DNA from: Cycas panzhihuaensis
Taxonomy: Eukaryota > Plantae > Cycadophyta
Length of the DNA stretch: 64,000 bases
Direction of reading: 5' to 3'
Assembly: GCA_023213395.1 (NCBI GenBank)
Contig: CM041465.1
Coordinates: 224,633,741 to 224,697,740, forward strand
Both the position numbers and the translations under genes were made by a program. Positions within the stretch are counted from its first letter, which is position 1; each line of letters starts with the position of its first letter. Below the pieces are notes generated by a model, which was not told the origin of the DNA, searched no databases, and worked only from the letters and a program-made list of their open reading frames with translations. Shown in pieces: positions 11,566 through 25,667 of the stretch.

Positions 11566-14500
11566 AAAAATATGTGTGTGTGTGTTAAAGATAACCTGAG
11601 ATACTTAAAAGATCCTCTTTAATGAAGGTGCAAAAGTATGGTGTATGAACTTTCAAATTAATGTGATATTTCAATAAACCACATACATATAATGTTTAAA
11701 AATTTAAAGTGATTATCATCACAACAATTCCATCTTCAAATTAAGTATTGCAAAATTTAAATTAATGAATGTAGCATGACAATATATAATGCAATGGCTC
11801 AACGAAATTTGTAAACAGACTGCAAGTGTGAATATTGAAAAAAGAAATGGGGGGGTGTCCCTTTAAACACACTTATGAAAATGAAGGTTCATTTTTTAGA
11901 GATACACTTGCAAAAACAAATGTTGAAAACATAAAAGATATAAATTATGATAAAAACATACCACAATGAATATAAATTATGATCAATTTGCAAAATTGTT
12001 TGACATATGAAATTACTTAGTGGTATTCACATTAATGCTTAAACAACTAAGTGTATTTATTAATTAGGGGTGGGTAATTTTAATCCAATTATTTCATGAA
12101 TGATATTGTTTTAGTCATCAAAATGCTAAAATGAACGATTATTGCTAAGGAAACATGAATAAACTTGATAAATGAAATCATGTACTTAAACTTACCTTGT
12201 ATGCGATCCGCTGTGTGATTTTGAACTAAAATTGCGCCATCAAAGTAGCTTCAAAATGGCTCAAAGGACTAGTCAACTTGAAGATCACTGAGTTAGGATG
12301 ACACCTCTTTCAGTTCTAAATCTTGACTTCGAATGCTCAAGCTATTGCGAAAAAAATGCGTAGGTAACTCCTTAATGAGGTTGGAGGGGGCTAAAAATTA
12401 GGGGTTAAGCCCCCTTAACTGAATAGGCCGTAGTCTTTGGTCTGCTACATATGACTATCGACTAGAGAGAGGAGGGGGTTGTGGATCAACAATGTAATTT
12501 AGTTAAATTTATAAAAACTTTTGTAAAGAAATATAACAAGGTCAAAATTTGCCAAGTTAATCATCTGATTAGGGCGCATAAACTTCGACAAATTTCACCA
12601 AAGATCGGGTGCGGATCATTATGGTGGCTTCCGCTTCGTATTTTCGTTCAACTTCCCAGCAACAAATCCTAATGCAGGTGAGTGGCACTGTTTAATCCTT
12701 TTCTTGCAAAAGGATGGATAGATTTGCCAAAATGGAAGATTAGATGTGGCACACCGCTCAATGATTGATGAGCTCCATAGCAAACCCAAATGCCACTGCA
12801 TATCACTAGTTTCCCATGAGCATTCGTTCAATGCCCAGAAGGTTTGATCATGATAATAAACAATTATTTAGAGCATCCTAAAACTAAAGATGGGGAGGAA
12901 GAATAAGCTGAAGACAAGGAAATGTTTCCCAATTATCATACCATTATTGGCATTCCATTAACTGTGTTGTTCATTGCTTGAAACGAAATGAAAGCGTTGA
13001 CAACCCCCTGGAATGAAGCTGGCAATCTATTGCGAGTTTACACAAATTCGAACCCTAGCAGATACATACACACGTATACTAACTCACGAAATAAATGATC
13101 CACCCTCCACAAACCAAATATGAAGGGGCGCATGGTTCGGAAATCAACAACAAAATTATTGGCATTGAAATGAAATTATTGAAGAATATAAAGCAAGTGA
13201 GATCCAAACGATGGGTGCTCATCATGAGCCAACAATTGAAACCAACTACCAAATCTCGAGCTTTTCGACTACAGCATTTTGACCTTAATACCTTCATTGA
13301 AATGTAAGCATAATGCACAGTACCGATGGGAATGGAAGGGTACAAATTGTCGACGTAGGTTACTGGACAATTGAACACGTCTAGAAGAGACCACAGAGGC
13401 ACAACTAGGCTACAACATAATGCCACGGCTGCACATGATTAATAACACAATGATTTAATTGTATTATGAGTCCATCTTGCAATCAGAGGATTGAAGAATA
13501 ATTCCCAAGTAGGCCAATAGGGCAGATCTTGGGTGAAACTACTGACCTGAGGTTGGCCAGATGAATCTATGGTGGTAACGTGAACGACCTCTTTGTGTGC
13601 CAGCTTTATATTGTCCTTATAAGTGAATTCGGATTAGGAGTAGCAATCCCATTCACTTCGACGATCCACTGCAAATTCTTAGAGTCAAGATATCCATGCA
13701 TAGGACTGCCATTATGAAATATTGTCGCATAGACTCCCTCTCTGTTTCTTGGATGAAATCCTTGTGTCAAAACACATAGTGGTAGAGGTTGAATGACAAA
13801 TCCATCCCAGTTTAAATCGTGCATGGTTCCGAAACCATTCAACAACTTGGTACCTACAAATTTGGTTGATTTCGTACCGTTCCACAAAATTGTGAACTTT
13901 AAAGTCAACCTAGTAAGGTGGTTGCAAACATAAAGGAAGAATCTGGCCCTCGTTTGAAGAAGATAAAGATTGAGGTACCTGTCTCTGATACCATGTTGCT
14001 GAAGGAGCAGAAATCAAGAAATATTACATTGCACAGCATAGGATCAATGGAGACCAGATACAGATAGGTGGAAAACCCCTTTGGGGGAAGAAAAATGACC
14101 TCAAATTTTAGTAAACTTTATTATCATAATGCATAGTACAAATCCATAAGTTTTGCATTTGCCCCCATATACATAATGAGAGAGACAATTTACATGTACG
14201 TTGAATTGGGTAACCGCCCATTCAATTGAATTTTAATAATAACTTTAATATGATAATAATTATCCAAACATTAAAACTTTACACAAAAGGTTATAAGATA
14301 ACATTATGTCCTAACAATTTGGACAAGAGATAATAGTTTACTTCATGTTTTGACAACAAATGAAAATATTTTAAAATGTTAAAATGTGAACATTGGCAAA
14401 CAATTAATTTGGGATTGGCAGGTAAGGGGCAATGAGTTACAAATATTGTCACAGTTGATATCTTGATGTCCAAAGTTGCCATTTCAGATTTGGAGAATTT

Positions 14501-15409
14501 TGGTTTCAGGAATGTTTCTTCGTTGTAGTAGACTCGACCCTTGCTCTTGCAATATCAAGATTGCTTGACCATAACAAGTTAGAACTGGTTCATGCATATA
14601 CAATTGCAATATATTTAACAGGGGTGAGTCTGCTATCTATATGACTCCTAACATTACAACACAATGTAGAACCATCACTTTGCCAATCGGGATACCCCAG
14701 TTAGGACTTGCGCACATATTGCCTCTAGCTTTGCAAGCTTAGGTCCTTTCATATGAGATTTCACCTTGAGCAATATCCTTGCCATTACAAGGTGGTACCC
14801 CACAATGTTGATGCTTAAGAGATATCATAGGCACTTTTTGATGCCTAGATTAACCTTCATTTGAAGGAGACCATCCTTTACCCCACTAGATAACTAACCT
14901 TGGTGGATTTAATGCCAAGAACATGTTCTTACTTAGTCTATAATTGAGCCTATCACACACACACACACACAAATATCTATCTATCTATCTAGTTGAATAA
15001 CCCTTGTTTACAGAGCTTGCCTGCTTCACACATTATAGCTCCTATTGCACCTCTTGGTTCATGAAAGTGGAAAATTTATGAACGCAAGGCTTGATGCTCT
15101 TATAATACACGATATGGTATATAATATAAATTTGTGTATACAATCATAGGTTATTTTGCCTTGTTTTGCATTTATCACCTTATATGCTTTTAGGTTTTGA
15201 CTCAAGGTTTCTAAGGTAGATTTGGACATGGTTTACTAGTTAGGGGCTTAGCCCAAGACATGTATCCAATCAGACTTTAGTTTGTCTTTCACAAAATCAT
15301 ATCATTTATCCATTAAAATGTAACACGTAGTTATACCAATATCATAACTTAGCCCATACATATGTAGGGGTCAAATATACTTCAGTAATCTCCTCCTTTA
15401 ATCTTCTCC

Positions 15410-16042
15410 TTTTCCTTCTATCCCTCTGTATTTCTTTGCCATTTACCATATACATTTAAGAGCTTCATTGCTTGATTGTACATTAAGTTGGTAGGAATGA
15501 ATGATGACTTGTAAAGATGAGGACACCAAAGAATGGAGCTACATTTGTGAAGCAAAATTCTTCATCAGTTGGCACAATTCCGGGTACAAAACTAGTTTCT
15601 TTATTCAATCTAAATATCAATGCTATGTTGGTCTTATGCATTGATGTTGTTGGCCTTTGTCTACCTATCCTTCATACCTGATTTAATAGACAATTAAGCT
15701 CATTCTTTTATCAATTTACTGTGTCATTCTCTCATGAAGGTGTTTCAGATTGTTGGTGAGTTGAATCATTGTCGCCTTCCTTAGATGAATAGCCCATAGT
15801 CCATTGTTATCTTGGCTAATCATCTTTGAATTTCATCATAATCAGCATTAAATGTGATCATCATTCAACCAACATTCGGTGACAACAATAACAAATCTAC
15901 ACATGGGATTTTCTTTATGGTTATGTATCATTAATACACCAATATTATGGAGAGTAATGTCTCCATTTTCTTCATTTGATCGCACACAATATGGTCCACA
16001 TTTCTTACATTACTTCACTCCATCATTGTCCTTGACAACTTA
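15410..16042 (-). repeat. Unclassified dispersed repeat, copy B
   Basis: Reverse complement matches 1-670 with scattered substitutions and lacks the duplication seen in copy A. Confidence 0.85.
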
Positions 16043-17237
16043 TAGAGTTGCATGTAATAGCCGACTATCTTTGGTCCAAACATTCACAGGAGGTATATGA
16101 AATAATTGCCTTTACCTGCGTATGCATTAAGTTTTAAGCATTCCTTGAGTGATCTACATGACTTTATGGTATTCAAAATCTGATTGATAGAGTAGAATGG
16201 AAGTGTTGTGATTCTTGGAGAGTGAGTTCCTTCTTCTGGGAGCCAAATGTACTATGTGAAAGCAAAACAAAGAGCCCTATGGAGACTAGGACTCATTGGA
16301 GCACAGATGAGCCTGTAGAAGTACAACGGAAGGGACTTGGAAAGGATGAATTGTGGGAAATTACTCTTCTATTCACTTTGAAGAATTGCCCATGTATTAT
16401 AGGAGAGCTCCCTCTCTTTTTAAGATGAGAAGCAATTACAATAAACTAGAAAATAAAAAATCGGTTACTAATTCAACGATTCCTAAAGTTGAGTCACTTT
16501 TGTACCTTAAGTGAACTCAACATCAAAATAAAATAAAGTATATATGTTGCATGGATGAGTGGTACTCTATATGTTGCATGGATGAGTGGTGTCCATACTT
16601 ATCAATTTCTCTGTGCTTAGGAGGAAATTGTTCTCAATTTTGTTGGTTGTTTTAGGTGTGAAAAATTTTACTTTAATGTTGCGTACAAAATCCAATTGGC
16701 CTATGTAGGCAAGCTACCCTTCTTGCCCACTAGGTATGTGGTAGACTCTCTGTGTTGTGTGGTGCGCATCTTGGTGTCTAAAAGAATGTCAACTGGAACT
16801 GGAGATTGAAAATTTGGTATCACGTCCTCCAACGTGTCACTTCAACCTCTTGTCCCAACAAGGTGGCTTATATCACTTGAGATTGTTGATGTTAAAGATG
16901 TCATTCATCCCAAGATGAGTTGATAAATCTAGACAGAAAGCATTGGCTCCCATGGATGTGGGGATCATTTGTGCCTCAAATTAGATGGGTTTGGGTTATG
17001 ATTAGCTTGATGCTTGAATCATTGCATGTCCAAGTGAAGCCAAACTCAGTTGACCACTTGGAAGCCATGTGGGACTCTGTGTTGATCATGTTGGCCTTTT
17101 ACTTGGCCTAGGACCTAGTGAGGATCTTTCAAACTTGGGCTTGTACTTAGTATAGGTGATTTGCAAAAACAACTAACTTTTGTTGCTCTGTCTATTTATG
17201 TTATGTGGCAGATGACAGAAGTATGATTGGAAGCTCA

Positions 17238-20200
17238 TGTGGCATTACTTTGAGTGTAATCATAGTCCTCACAAAACTAGCATGCACTTTAGATCATTCA
17301 TACCTCAAATGATTATAACAGATTGCATAACATTAGATGATTTCATAACCAAAAATAAGATAATACATTTCATGAAAGATGGTAAATATCACAAATTATC
17401 TCAGACTTCAATGAAAAAGGCTACAAATATAAAATAACAACTTGATCCCCCAAAAATCAGATTCCTCTTCAAGGCCAGGTGCCCTGCCAGATGTTGCTCG
17501 GACCACGATATATATCAGATTTCTAATTTCTCCCAAAAGATGATCCTAACTCCCAAGTGGTGGTTCTACATATAGGCCATAGTTAATGAGACGACCAGAA
17601 GAATTAATTGAAGTCAACCAAGAATTAATATTGGTTGGCCTTGTAGAAGTCAACCAAAGTAATATCATGAGTTAATCGGTCAAAACCCCCTCTTAGAGTT
17701 TTGGAACGCTATAAGTCCCTCCACTTGAAATCATCCTTTGCCCTCAAAGCATGGGGATGTCAACATGTTGTTGGTACTAATTTTTGGATTTCCATGTGGC
17801 TTCCTCACGATCTTAGTTCCTCCACTTTAGTAGGTACTCTTGTATCTCTTTGGAGTGCAATTTCCTTGTTCATATTTGTAGGATCCCTACTAGTTCTATC
17901 ATCAACTTGCCTTCCTCATCGAGTTCCTGTAGTTTTGTTTGAGATGTAGTATTTTGTCCTAGTTTTCGTTTGAGACATGAGACATGGAAGACATTATGTA
18001 TGCAACTGCTTGGTGATAGGTTCAATTGATAGATGGCATCTCCTACTTTTTCTTGTATCTGGTACGGTCCATAGAATTGAGGTTGTAATTTGAACTTGCC
18101 CTGATTTCTTCATTGTGGCTTAATTGTATGGCTGGAGTTTGAGGAATACCCAATCTCCTGGCTCAAACAATCTTTCTATCCTGTGGAGGGTAGCTTGTTA
18201 CTTCATGCAATATCTAGTGGTGTTTAGTTTGTCCTTGAGTATTTGTATAGTTCGTTCGATTTGTTGCAATCATTCTTGGATAGATTAGACTGTGATGTAT
18301 TGGCCCATGTGAGGAGTGATGGGGGCTCAAAGCCATATAGTGCTTAGAAGGGGATCATTTTGGCAGATGTATGATAGGTAGTGTTGTACCACCATTTGGC
18401 CAAGTGGAGCCATTTATGCTATTGTTGTTGCTTGTCAGATGCAAAATTTTGTAGATATCCTTCTAAGCATTTATTTATCGTTTCTGTTTGGTCGTTCGTT
18501 TGTCGATGATCAACTGTGCTCATTGAGAGTTTTGTGCCTACTGGCTTGAACAATTCTTGTTAGAAGTTGCTTGTAAACTTGGTGTCACGATCATTGATGA
18601 TGACTTTCGAAAATCTATGAAGTTAGTGGATCTCCTTGATAAAGAGTTCAACAATTTGACTGGCTTTGGCGATCACTTGGATTCCTCTAAAATGGGCATA
18701 TTTGGTCAAATGTCTATTGTGACGAAGATTGCATCCCTGCCCTCTAATGTGGGGGGTCCTATTATGAAATGCATCGAGATTTCCTCCCATTTTTTGTTCA
18801 GGTACATGTAGTGGTTGCAGTAATCCTAGTATCTTTATGCTCTCATTCTTGTTCCTTTGAGATATACCACATCCTAAGATGAACTTGTAGATGCTTGCTT
18901 TTATTCCTTTCCAAAAATAAGTATCACGGATTTGACAATAGGTTTTATCAATTCCCACATGCCTTGTTGTTGGAGTGGAGTGTGCTTCTTGGAGAATTTT
19001 GCCCTTGAATGTAAATGTAGTTAGAACCATGATCTTGCCCTTTTGTAGAAGTAAATCCCCTCTTAATTTGTACTTATTGTGCCCTTCGGTGTGAACTTCC
19101 TGTAGTATCTTTTGAGATGTTGGGTCATCCTTGTATTCTTGAATAACTTTTGGATCCAGCTAGGGATGCCAATTGAGGCTGCATGTATGGAGATATCCTC
19201 GAGGATTCTTGATAATGAATCGACAATGACATTTTCCTTTTCCTTTTTGTAAATGATATCGAAATCAAATGCCTAAAGTTTGCTTACTCATTTTTGTTGC
19301 CCGTTTGATACGGTCTTTTGGCTTAGAAAGTACTTGAGACTATCGTGATCAATTTTAACTATGAATTTGTTGTCAAGCAGATATTGCTGCCATGGTGTAT
19401 GGCGTGCATGATTGCTAACATCTCCTTGTCATTAACAAATTTTAGTTGCTTTCTTGTATTTAGCTTGCGACTTTCATATGCTAGAGGTTGGTCATCTTGG
19501 AGAAGTACTATGCCTATCCCTATCTTTGATGCATCGCATTCTAAGACGAATGGGTAGTTGAAGTCTGGTGTTGCGAGTATTGGGGTTGTCACCATTGTTG
19601 TTTTGAGTGCCTAAAAGGATTTGTCAGTTGGTTCACCCCATGCAAATGCCTCCTCCTTTGTTAGATACATTAGAGGTATTGTGATATGGGCATATCCCTT
19701 GATGAATAGTGTAGGAAACCAACCACACCTAAGAAACTCCTTATGCGAGTTACATTTCTTGGCGTGGGCCAAGCAATAATGGCTTGGACCTTCTTAGGAT
19801 CCATTTTGACACCTTCCTATGTGATAATGTGTTTGAGATACTTTAACACTGTTTGTCCAAAGGTACATTTGACCTTATTTGCAAAGAACTGATTACTAGC
19901 CAATACTTGTAATACTCCCTTGAGATGCTCTTCCCAGGTTTTGTTGTAAATCAAAATGTAATCAAAAAATACTAAAATAAACTTGCATATGAAGGGCTTT
20001 AGTACCTTGTTCATTTTACTTTGGAATGTGGTGGGAGCATTGGTTAAGCCAAAAGGCATGGCTTGGAACTCAAATAACCCTTTGTGGGTCTAAAAAGCTA
20101 TCATACAAACATCCTCTACCTTAATGTGGATTTGGTAATATCCTGTGCGCATATTGATCTTCAAAAATGCCCTAGCCCCATGTAGCTTGTTAAGGAAATC

Positions 20201-23024
20201 ATCTATTATCCGAATGGGGTACCTATTCTTGATTGTTAGTTTGTTGAGTGCTTTGAAGTTGATGCACATATGATGCAATCCATCTTTCTTCTAGCTTAGC
20301 ACAATTGGGGATGCGAAAGGACTTGCGCTGGGTAGTTCTTGTGTAATATGTTGAATTTCCTTCTTGAAATGGTGGGGGTGCTAATATGGTCAGATGTTTA
20401 TGGGTGTTGCTCCTGGTATTAACTCAATGTTCTGTTTGCATTCCTGACTCAGTGGTAGCCCTTGGGGTGGGTCCTTGAAGACATCATTGTATTGGTCAAT
20501 AAGAGCTTGTACCTCATGAGAGACATTCTCAATGGTAATTTTATAGCACATCATCAAGTAAAAGCCCAGACTCTTCCTTAAGAGTTTCTCTATTCTGTGT
20601 GATGTTACTAACTGAATTGGTGGTGACGTTGGTGCTTGCAACTCATACTTACACTCTTTCTAGTAAAAGCTCATGAAACGAGTCCTATAGTTGGTGACAA
20701 TATTTTCGAGATTTTGTATCCATTGAATACCAAGGACTATGTCTACTCCTGTTGCCATAACGAACATGTAAGTGTTGGTTGAGTAGTCCGTGATTTGTAA
20801 GTGCACCTTTTGAGAATCTCCTCCACATGGCATGCTATTCCTATTTGTTGTACCGACCTAAAATACATTGAGTGGTATTATTGGTAGACCTAGTTTGACT
20901 GTTGTTGGACTAATGATGAAGTTATGAGTGCTACCATTGTTTACCGAGATTGAGATCTTAGCGTTCTTGATTACTCCTTCAAAACATAGTGTTTGAGGTG
21001 TGTTGACCATTTCAGTAATAGCTTGTAGCAATATCTATACATTTTCTTCTTTAGTCTCCCTAAGTAGGTCCTCGATTTTGGCCTCCTCATTGGTTGGTGG
21101 TTGATCTTCCTTCGAACTATCAACATTTGGGATTTCTACATCTTCATTGTTGATCATTAATACCTTCTTTGCTAGGCATTTATGGTCATAACTCCATTTC
21201 CCTCCATAGTTGAAACAATCCCTCTTCTTATGTGTTTCACTTTGGATTGTTTATTTTTGGTCGGTTTCGTTTCTCTTTTATCTGTAAGTGGGGGTTTGGC
21301 CTTTGTGCCTGACTGATTCCAGTTTGGTAGGTAGCTCTTACTTCGATAGCTTTGCCCTTGGTATCTTGGTGGTTCTCCTCTTCACACGTAACTTGGTCTT
21401 GTTTCCTAGATTTTAGCCTCAATGTTTCTTTCTTGGCGTATGGCCTTGCTTAAGGTGCGTAACGCCATTGTTTTCAAGTAGAACTTGATAACTTCTCTAA
21501 GACTAGCAATATATGTTTCTAGTAGTAATTCCAATTTGATGTCTCTAGTGATCAAACTCTGTAGATTTTGGAATTGCTCGGTGTAGGCTTGAATGGAATC
21601 GGTCTACTGTAATCACATAAGCTGGCGAAATAATCTTTGTTCCAAGAGTCCATGTATTATTCAATGAGAGAAGCTTTTAAAGAGTTGCCTATGTAGTGTG
21701 GTCCTCCTTGGTGTATTTTATTCCACCAGTGGAAACATTTGAGAGCCTTCCCATATAGGTGAAGAGATGCTACTAGTATTTTGCCTTACTCAGTGCTTGG
21801 ATTCATCTAGAAATAGATCTCTATCTAGATTATCCAACTGTAGATGTCCCTTGATTTCTATGGATTGAATTTCTCTAGACAGAGCTCAGCATTCCGAAGC
21901 CATTAGCTTGGCTTGTTTTGGCAATCTTCCTGCTCCCCTTCTCACGAAAATCCTCCCTTTGTGTTGGCTGGTCCTACTTCCTTAGTGAAGTTGCAGCCCA
22001 ATTTTCTATATAGCCCCTGTATAGCTTTATACAAAATTTCTATGTCAATTTTGTTATCCTTCTTCAATTCATTGCGTTGGTCTAATATTTCCTACTTAAT
22101 GGTTGCTTGGTTGTCCATTTGTGTTCTGTTGATTTGGGTCATTAGCTTGGTCCTTAGCTTCTTAATATCACCCTCGATGGCTGCAACCTCATTTTTTATA
22201 GCAACTACCCTTTGGGACACATCCTCTACTGTTTCAAATGGTTGGTTTACCATCTTTCCCAATCTTAATTTTCTTCTTCCGCTTGCTGGAATGATATGTT
22301 GATACTTACGTACTACGCAAAGGTTGCCTTATAGAGTTCTTCATGATTTAGTTCTGCGAGCTTAGCTGGTGTACTGCACGTTTTGAATTGTGTTTCTTGT
22401 GCTTGCATCTCATTGCAGTTCAACTATATTTTTTTGGGATTGCATTTCTCAACTGTGCTTTAGCTGCATTCTCACAGGCCTATGTCCCTTGGGTTAGCAT
22501 TTCTTAGTCCTACATTTCTTGTAGGCTGGGCTTGCATTTTCATACTTTTGTTATGTGAGGGCAATTCTTTGGCAATCACAACACTCAACGTTTTATCTTG
22601 CAGTTGTACTAAGACCAACAGATTTGGTGAAATCCTCCAAAATTTTGGTGATAATAATTTTGTTTAGATGATAGTTGTAGGGCGCTCACTACTCTAATGT
22701 TCTTGACTTGAAACATAGACTTATCAATCCCCTCGATAATCTGGATCCGATACCAATGTGGTGTTGCCATGAGTGTAATCACAATCCTCACAAAACTAGC
22801 ATGCACTTCAGATCATTCACACCTAAGATGATTATAACAGACCACATAACATCAAATGATTTCACAAACACAGATAAGATAATACATTTCATAATAGATG
22901 GTAAATACCATAAAATATCTCAGACTTAAATGAAAAAGGATATAGATATAAAATAACAGCTCGATGTTCCAAAAATCAGATTCCTCTTTGAGGTGAGGTA
23001 CCCTCCTAGATGATGCCTTGGCCA

Positions 23025-23063
<39 letters not shown>

Positions 23064-23269
23064 ATTTTTGATTCCTCCCAAAAAATGATCCTAAGTCCTA
23101 GTTGGTGGTCCTGTATATAGGCCACACTCAATGAAATGACTAGAAAAATTAATAAAAGTTGGTCAAGAATTAATATTGATCGGCCTTGTAGAAGTCGACT
23201 GGAGTAATATCGTGAGTTGACCTTATTGAATTCGGCCAAACCTCCCTCTCAGGGTATTGGAATGCTACA
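17238..23269 (-). mobile_element. Gypsy-2: full-length, heavily decayed chromovirus
   Basis: LTRs at 22757-23269 (5') and 17238-17713 (3'); revcomp PBS tccgatacca at about 22746-22755; PPT remnant after 17713; TSD gctca/actca; RT ([13 protein letters not shown]), RH (LECDASKIGIG), INT and chromodomain fragments. Confidence 0.92.
23027..23060. repeat. (AT)17 microsatellite in the Gypsy-2 5' LTR
   Basis: Read directly; the sister LTR has (AT)4 at 17508-17515. Confidence 0.95.
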
Positions 23270-25667
23270 ACTCATAGCGGACTATAGACTAGAACCTATA
23301 GCAAACCTCAAAGGGAGAGTGCCCAATGGAAACATGCACAACATTGTTGTACCCATGTTGAATAGCTACAAGAGAATGATTCCACCAAGTGGTAGTGAAG
23401 TGATTCTAAATCGGATCTACTTCATCAAACAAGAAGAAAGCTAAAATGAAGCTCCTAAGAGCCCAAATGTCAAAGACCCTAAATGAATTAACTCGTAAAA
23501 GATGATTTACAAATGAATGATAATTCCCCATTTATAGATGATAAACTTCCTGTTTAATAATAATCACAATTGAGACTGACGCCTAATATTTTAAAATTTT
23601 GTAATTAATCATGAATTGTAGTTGACCTACAAGTTGTGCCGGATCACAAGTTCCTCCCCTCAAAAATTTTGCTTTGCCCACTAAGTGTTGGTAATGATGG
23701 GTGATCTTGAATGAATTGTTTGCTTTCCCAACTCGCCTCATGGTAGCCCTTTCCATTTAATTAGGTATTCTGTGATGCTTTGTGACTCGAGTTGCTGCGT
23801 GCAACAATCTATAATATCTTTGGGTTTGATCATGATCTTTCCATCGTCATCCGTTATTAGTAGCTCTATGGTTGCTTCCATATGCTATCCTACTTTTCCT
23901 TTAAGGTTAGATACATGGAAGATGTCGTAGATCCCTTGAGGCAGATCGAGGGCATAAGCTACTTCTCTGATCCTTCTTCGAATTTTATATGGACTGTAGA
24001 ATTTGGGTGCTAATTTGTACTTGGCTTGTTGTTTAAGAGAGGTTTGTTTATAAGGTTGTAGCCTTATGAAAACCCAATCTCCTTCCTCAAATTGTCTTTC
24101 TGTCCTTTTCTAATTAACTTGCTACTTCATTCTATTCTTTGGAGCATCATAATTTTGCTTGAGCTCCTCTAAAATTCTCTGAGATTGTGCTATTAGCTCT
24201 TTTGTTGTTGGAGTCTTTGTTGTATTTCAGATATAATCCATTGGTGCTGGAGGTGGATAACTATATAATGCCATGAAGGGTGTTGTCTTGATTGAGGAAT
24301 GTAATTGGTGTTATACCAATGTTCAACCAAATGAATCCATTTTACTCATGTGGGTTTTTTATCTCCAGCATAACAATGTAAGTATGTCTCTAGACCTTTA
24401 TTGATGACTTCAGTTTGTCCATTCGTTTGGGGATGGCATGTTGTGTTCATGGCAAGTTGGGTTCTTGCGAATTTGAATAGGTCCTTCCAAAAGTGGCTTG
24501 TGAATTTTAGGTCCCAATTGATAATTTATTTTTTGGTAAATTCACGTAACTTGTGGATGTTTTGCATGAATAGTTGAAATATCTGAGATGCTTTGTAGGA
24601 TAACTAGATGGGAATGGAATGTGCATATTTTGCCAAAATGTTCACTGCTATGAACAGGGCATCTTTTGTTTCTAATTTTGCAAGGCTAGTTATAATGTCC
24701 ATAGATATCATTCCTAAAGTCTGTATTGATTTTGCTTTCTATCTTTGACAAGTTTTGCATTCAGAAATGAAGTTCTTTACTTCTGCTTTCATCCCTCTTA
24801 GGTAGAATGATCTCTTTATTCTTTCATAGGTTTTGAGGAACCTTGAATGCTCTACTATGGGTGAATCATGATGCTCTCTAAGGACTATCTCCTTAAACCG
24901 TGACTATCGAGCTAAGCAGATCCAATTTTTATAAAGCAGAGTACTTCCTCTTTTGGTCAAAGGAGTCTTTATTAGTTCTTCAAGACTTTTGTTTGCAATG
25001 GACATCACTTCTTTTATCTTGTAAGTATTCTTGGTGTAATTCCTTAATCCATATAGGTATAATTGTCGTAATGGCTAAGCAATTGGCATCTTCAAATTTC
25101 CTTTATAACTCATCAACTATAATGTTCTCTTTCCCTCTCTTATAGGAGATCTCAAAGTTGTAGTCTTGGATTTTGCTAACCTATTTTTGTTGCTCCTTAG
25201 ATAAGTTTTGCTATGTTAGGAAGTGCTTTAAGCTATGGTGGTCTGTCCAGACAATAAATTATTCCCCTAATAAGTATTGCCTTCATTTTGCCATGGCATG
25301 TAGAATGGCTAACATCTCCTTATCATATGTAGTCTTGGCTCTTTCTCGTAGGTTTAGTTTTTGGCTCTCATATGCAATAGGGTGGCCCCTTTGTAATAGA
25401 GCTGCACTTACTCCTATGTATGGTGTGTTACATTCCACTGTAAACGACTAGGAGAAATCTAGCATGGCTAAGCTTGGAGCAGTGGTGATGGTTGCTTTTA
25501 ATTTTGCGAAGCTTGAACCAACCTTCTTTCTCTAGTTAAAGTTATCCTTCTTAGTAAGGTCAGTTAGAGGTATGGCTATATCAATGTATCCCTTAATGAA
25601 TTTTTAGTAGTATCCTGTGATTCCTAGAAATCTCCTGAGTTTCGACACATTCTTTGATATGGGTCAG

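Larger units (their letters stand above)
3244..14316 (-). mobile_element. Copia-1: Ty1/Copia LTR retrotransposon, internally deleted (no integrase core, almost no RT), host of Gypsy-1
   Basis: 323-bp TG..CA LTRs at 13994-14316 (5') and 3244-3566 (3'); PBS-Met (revcomp ctctgatacca) at 13983-13993; PPT at 3567-3575; TSD gtttg/atttg; gag, protease (VLDYGASHHM), GAG-pre-integrase and RNase H (HSRTKHIE, QIADIMTK) remnants. Confidence 0.93.
17204..25667 (-). mobile_element. Gypsy-3: 3' part of an older chromovirus; 3' LTR (17204-17237 + 23275-23648) split by Gypsy-2; truncated in RT/RH by Copia-2
   Basis: LTR end ggatcaCA at 23648 followed by revcomp PPT ttcctcccctc; minus strand 23700-25665 has decayed chromodomain (EYLIKWKG), INT, RH and KNVSKLRRFLGITGYY. 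The 17204 boundary is inferred from tgtggcag. Confidence 0.8.

Noticed and set aside
16204-16522. Possible solo LTR (tgttg...caaca)
   Set aside because: No matching TSD, PBS, PPT or second copy in the window.
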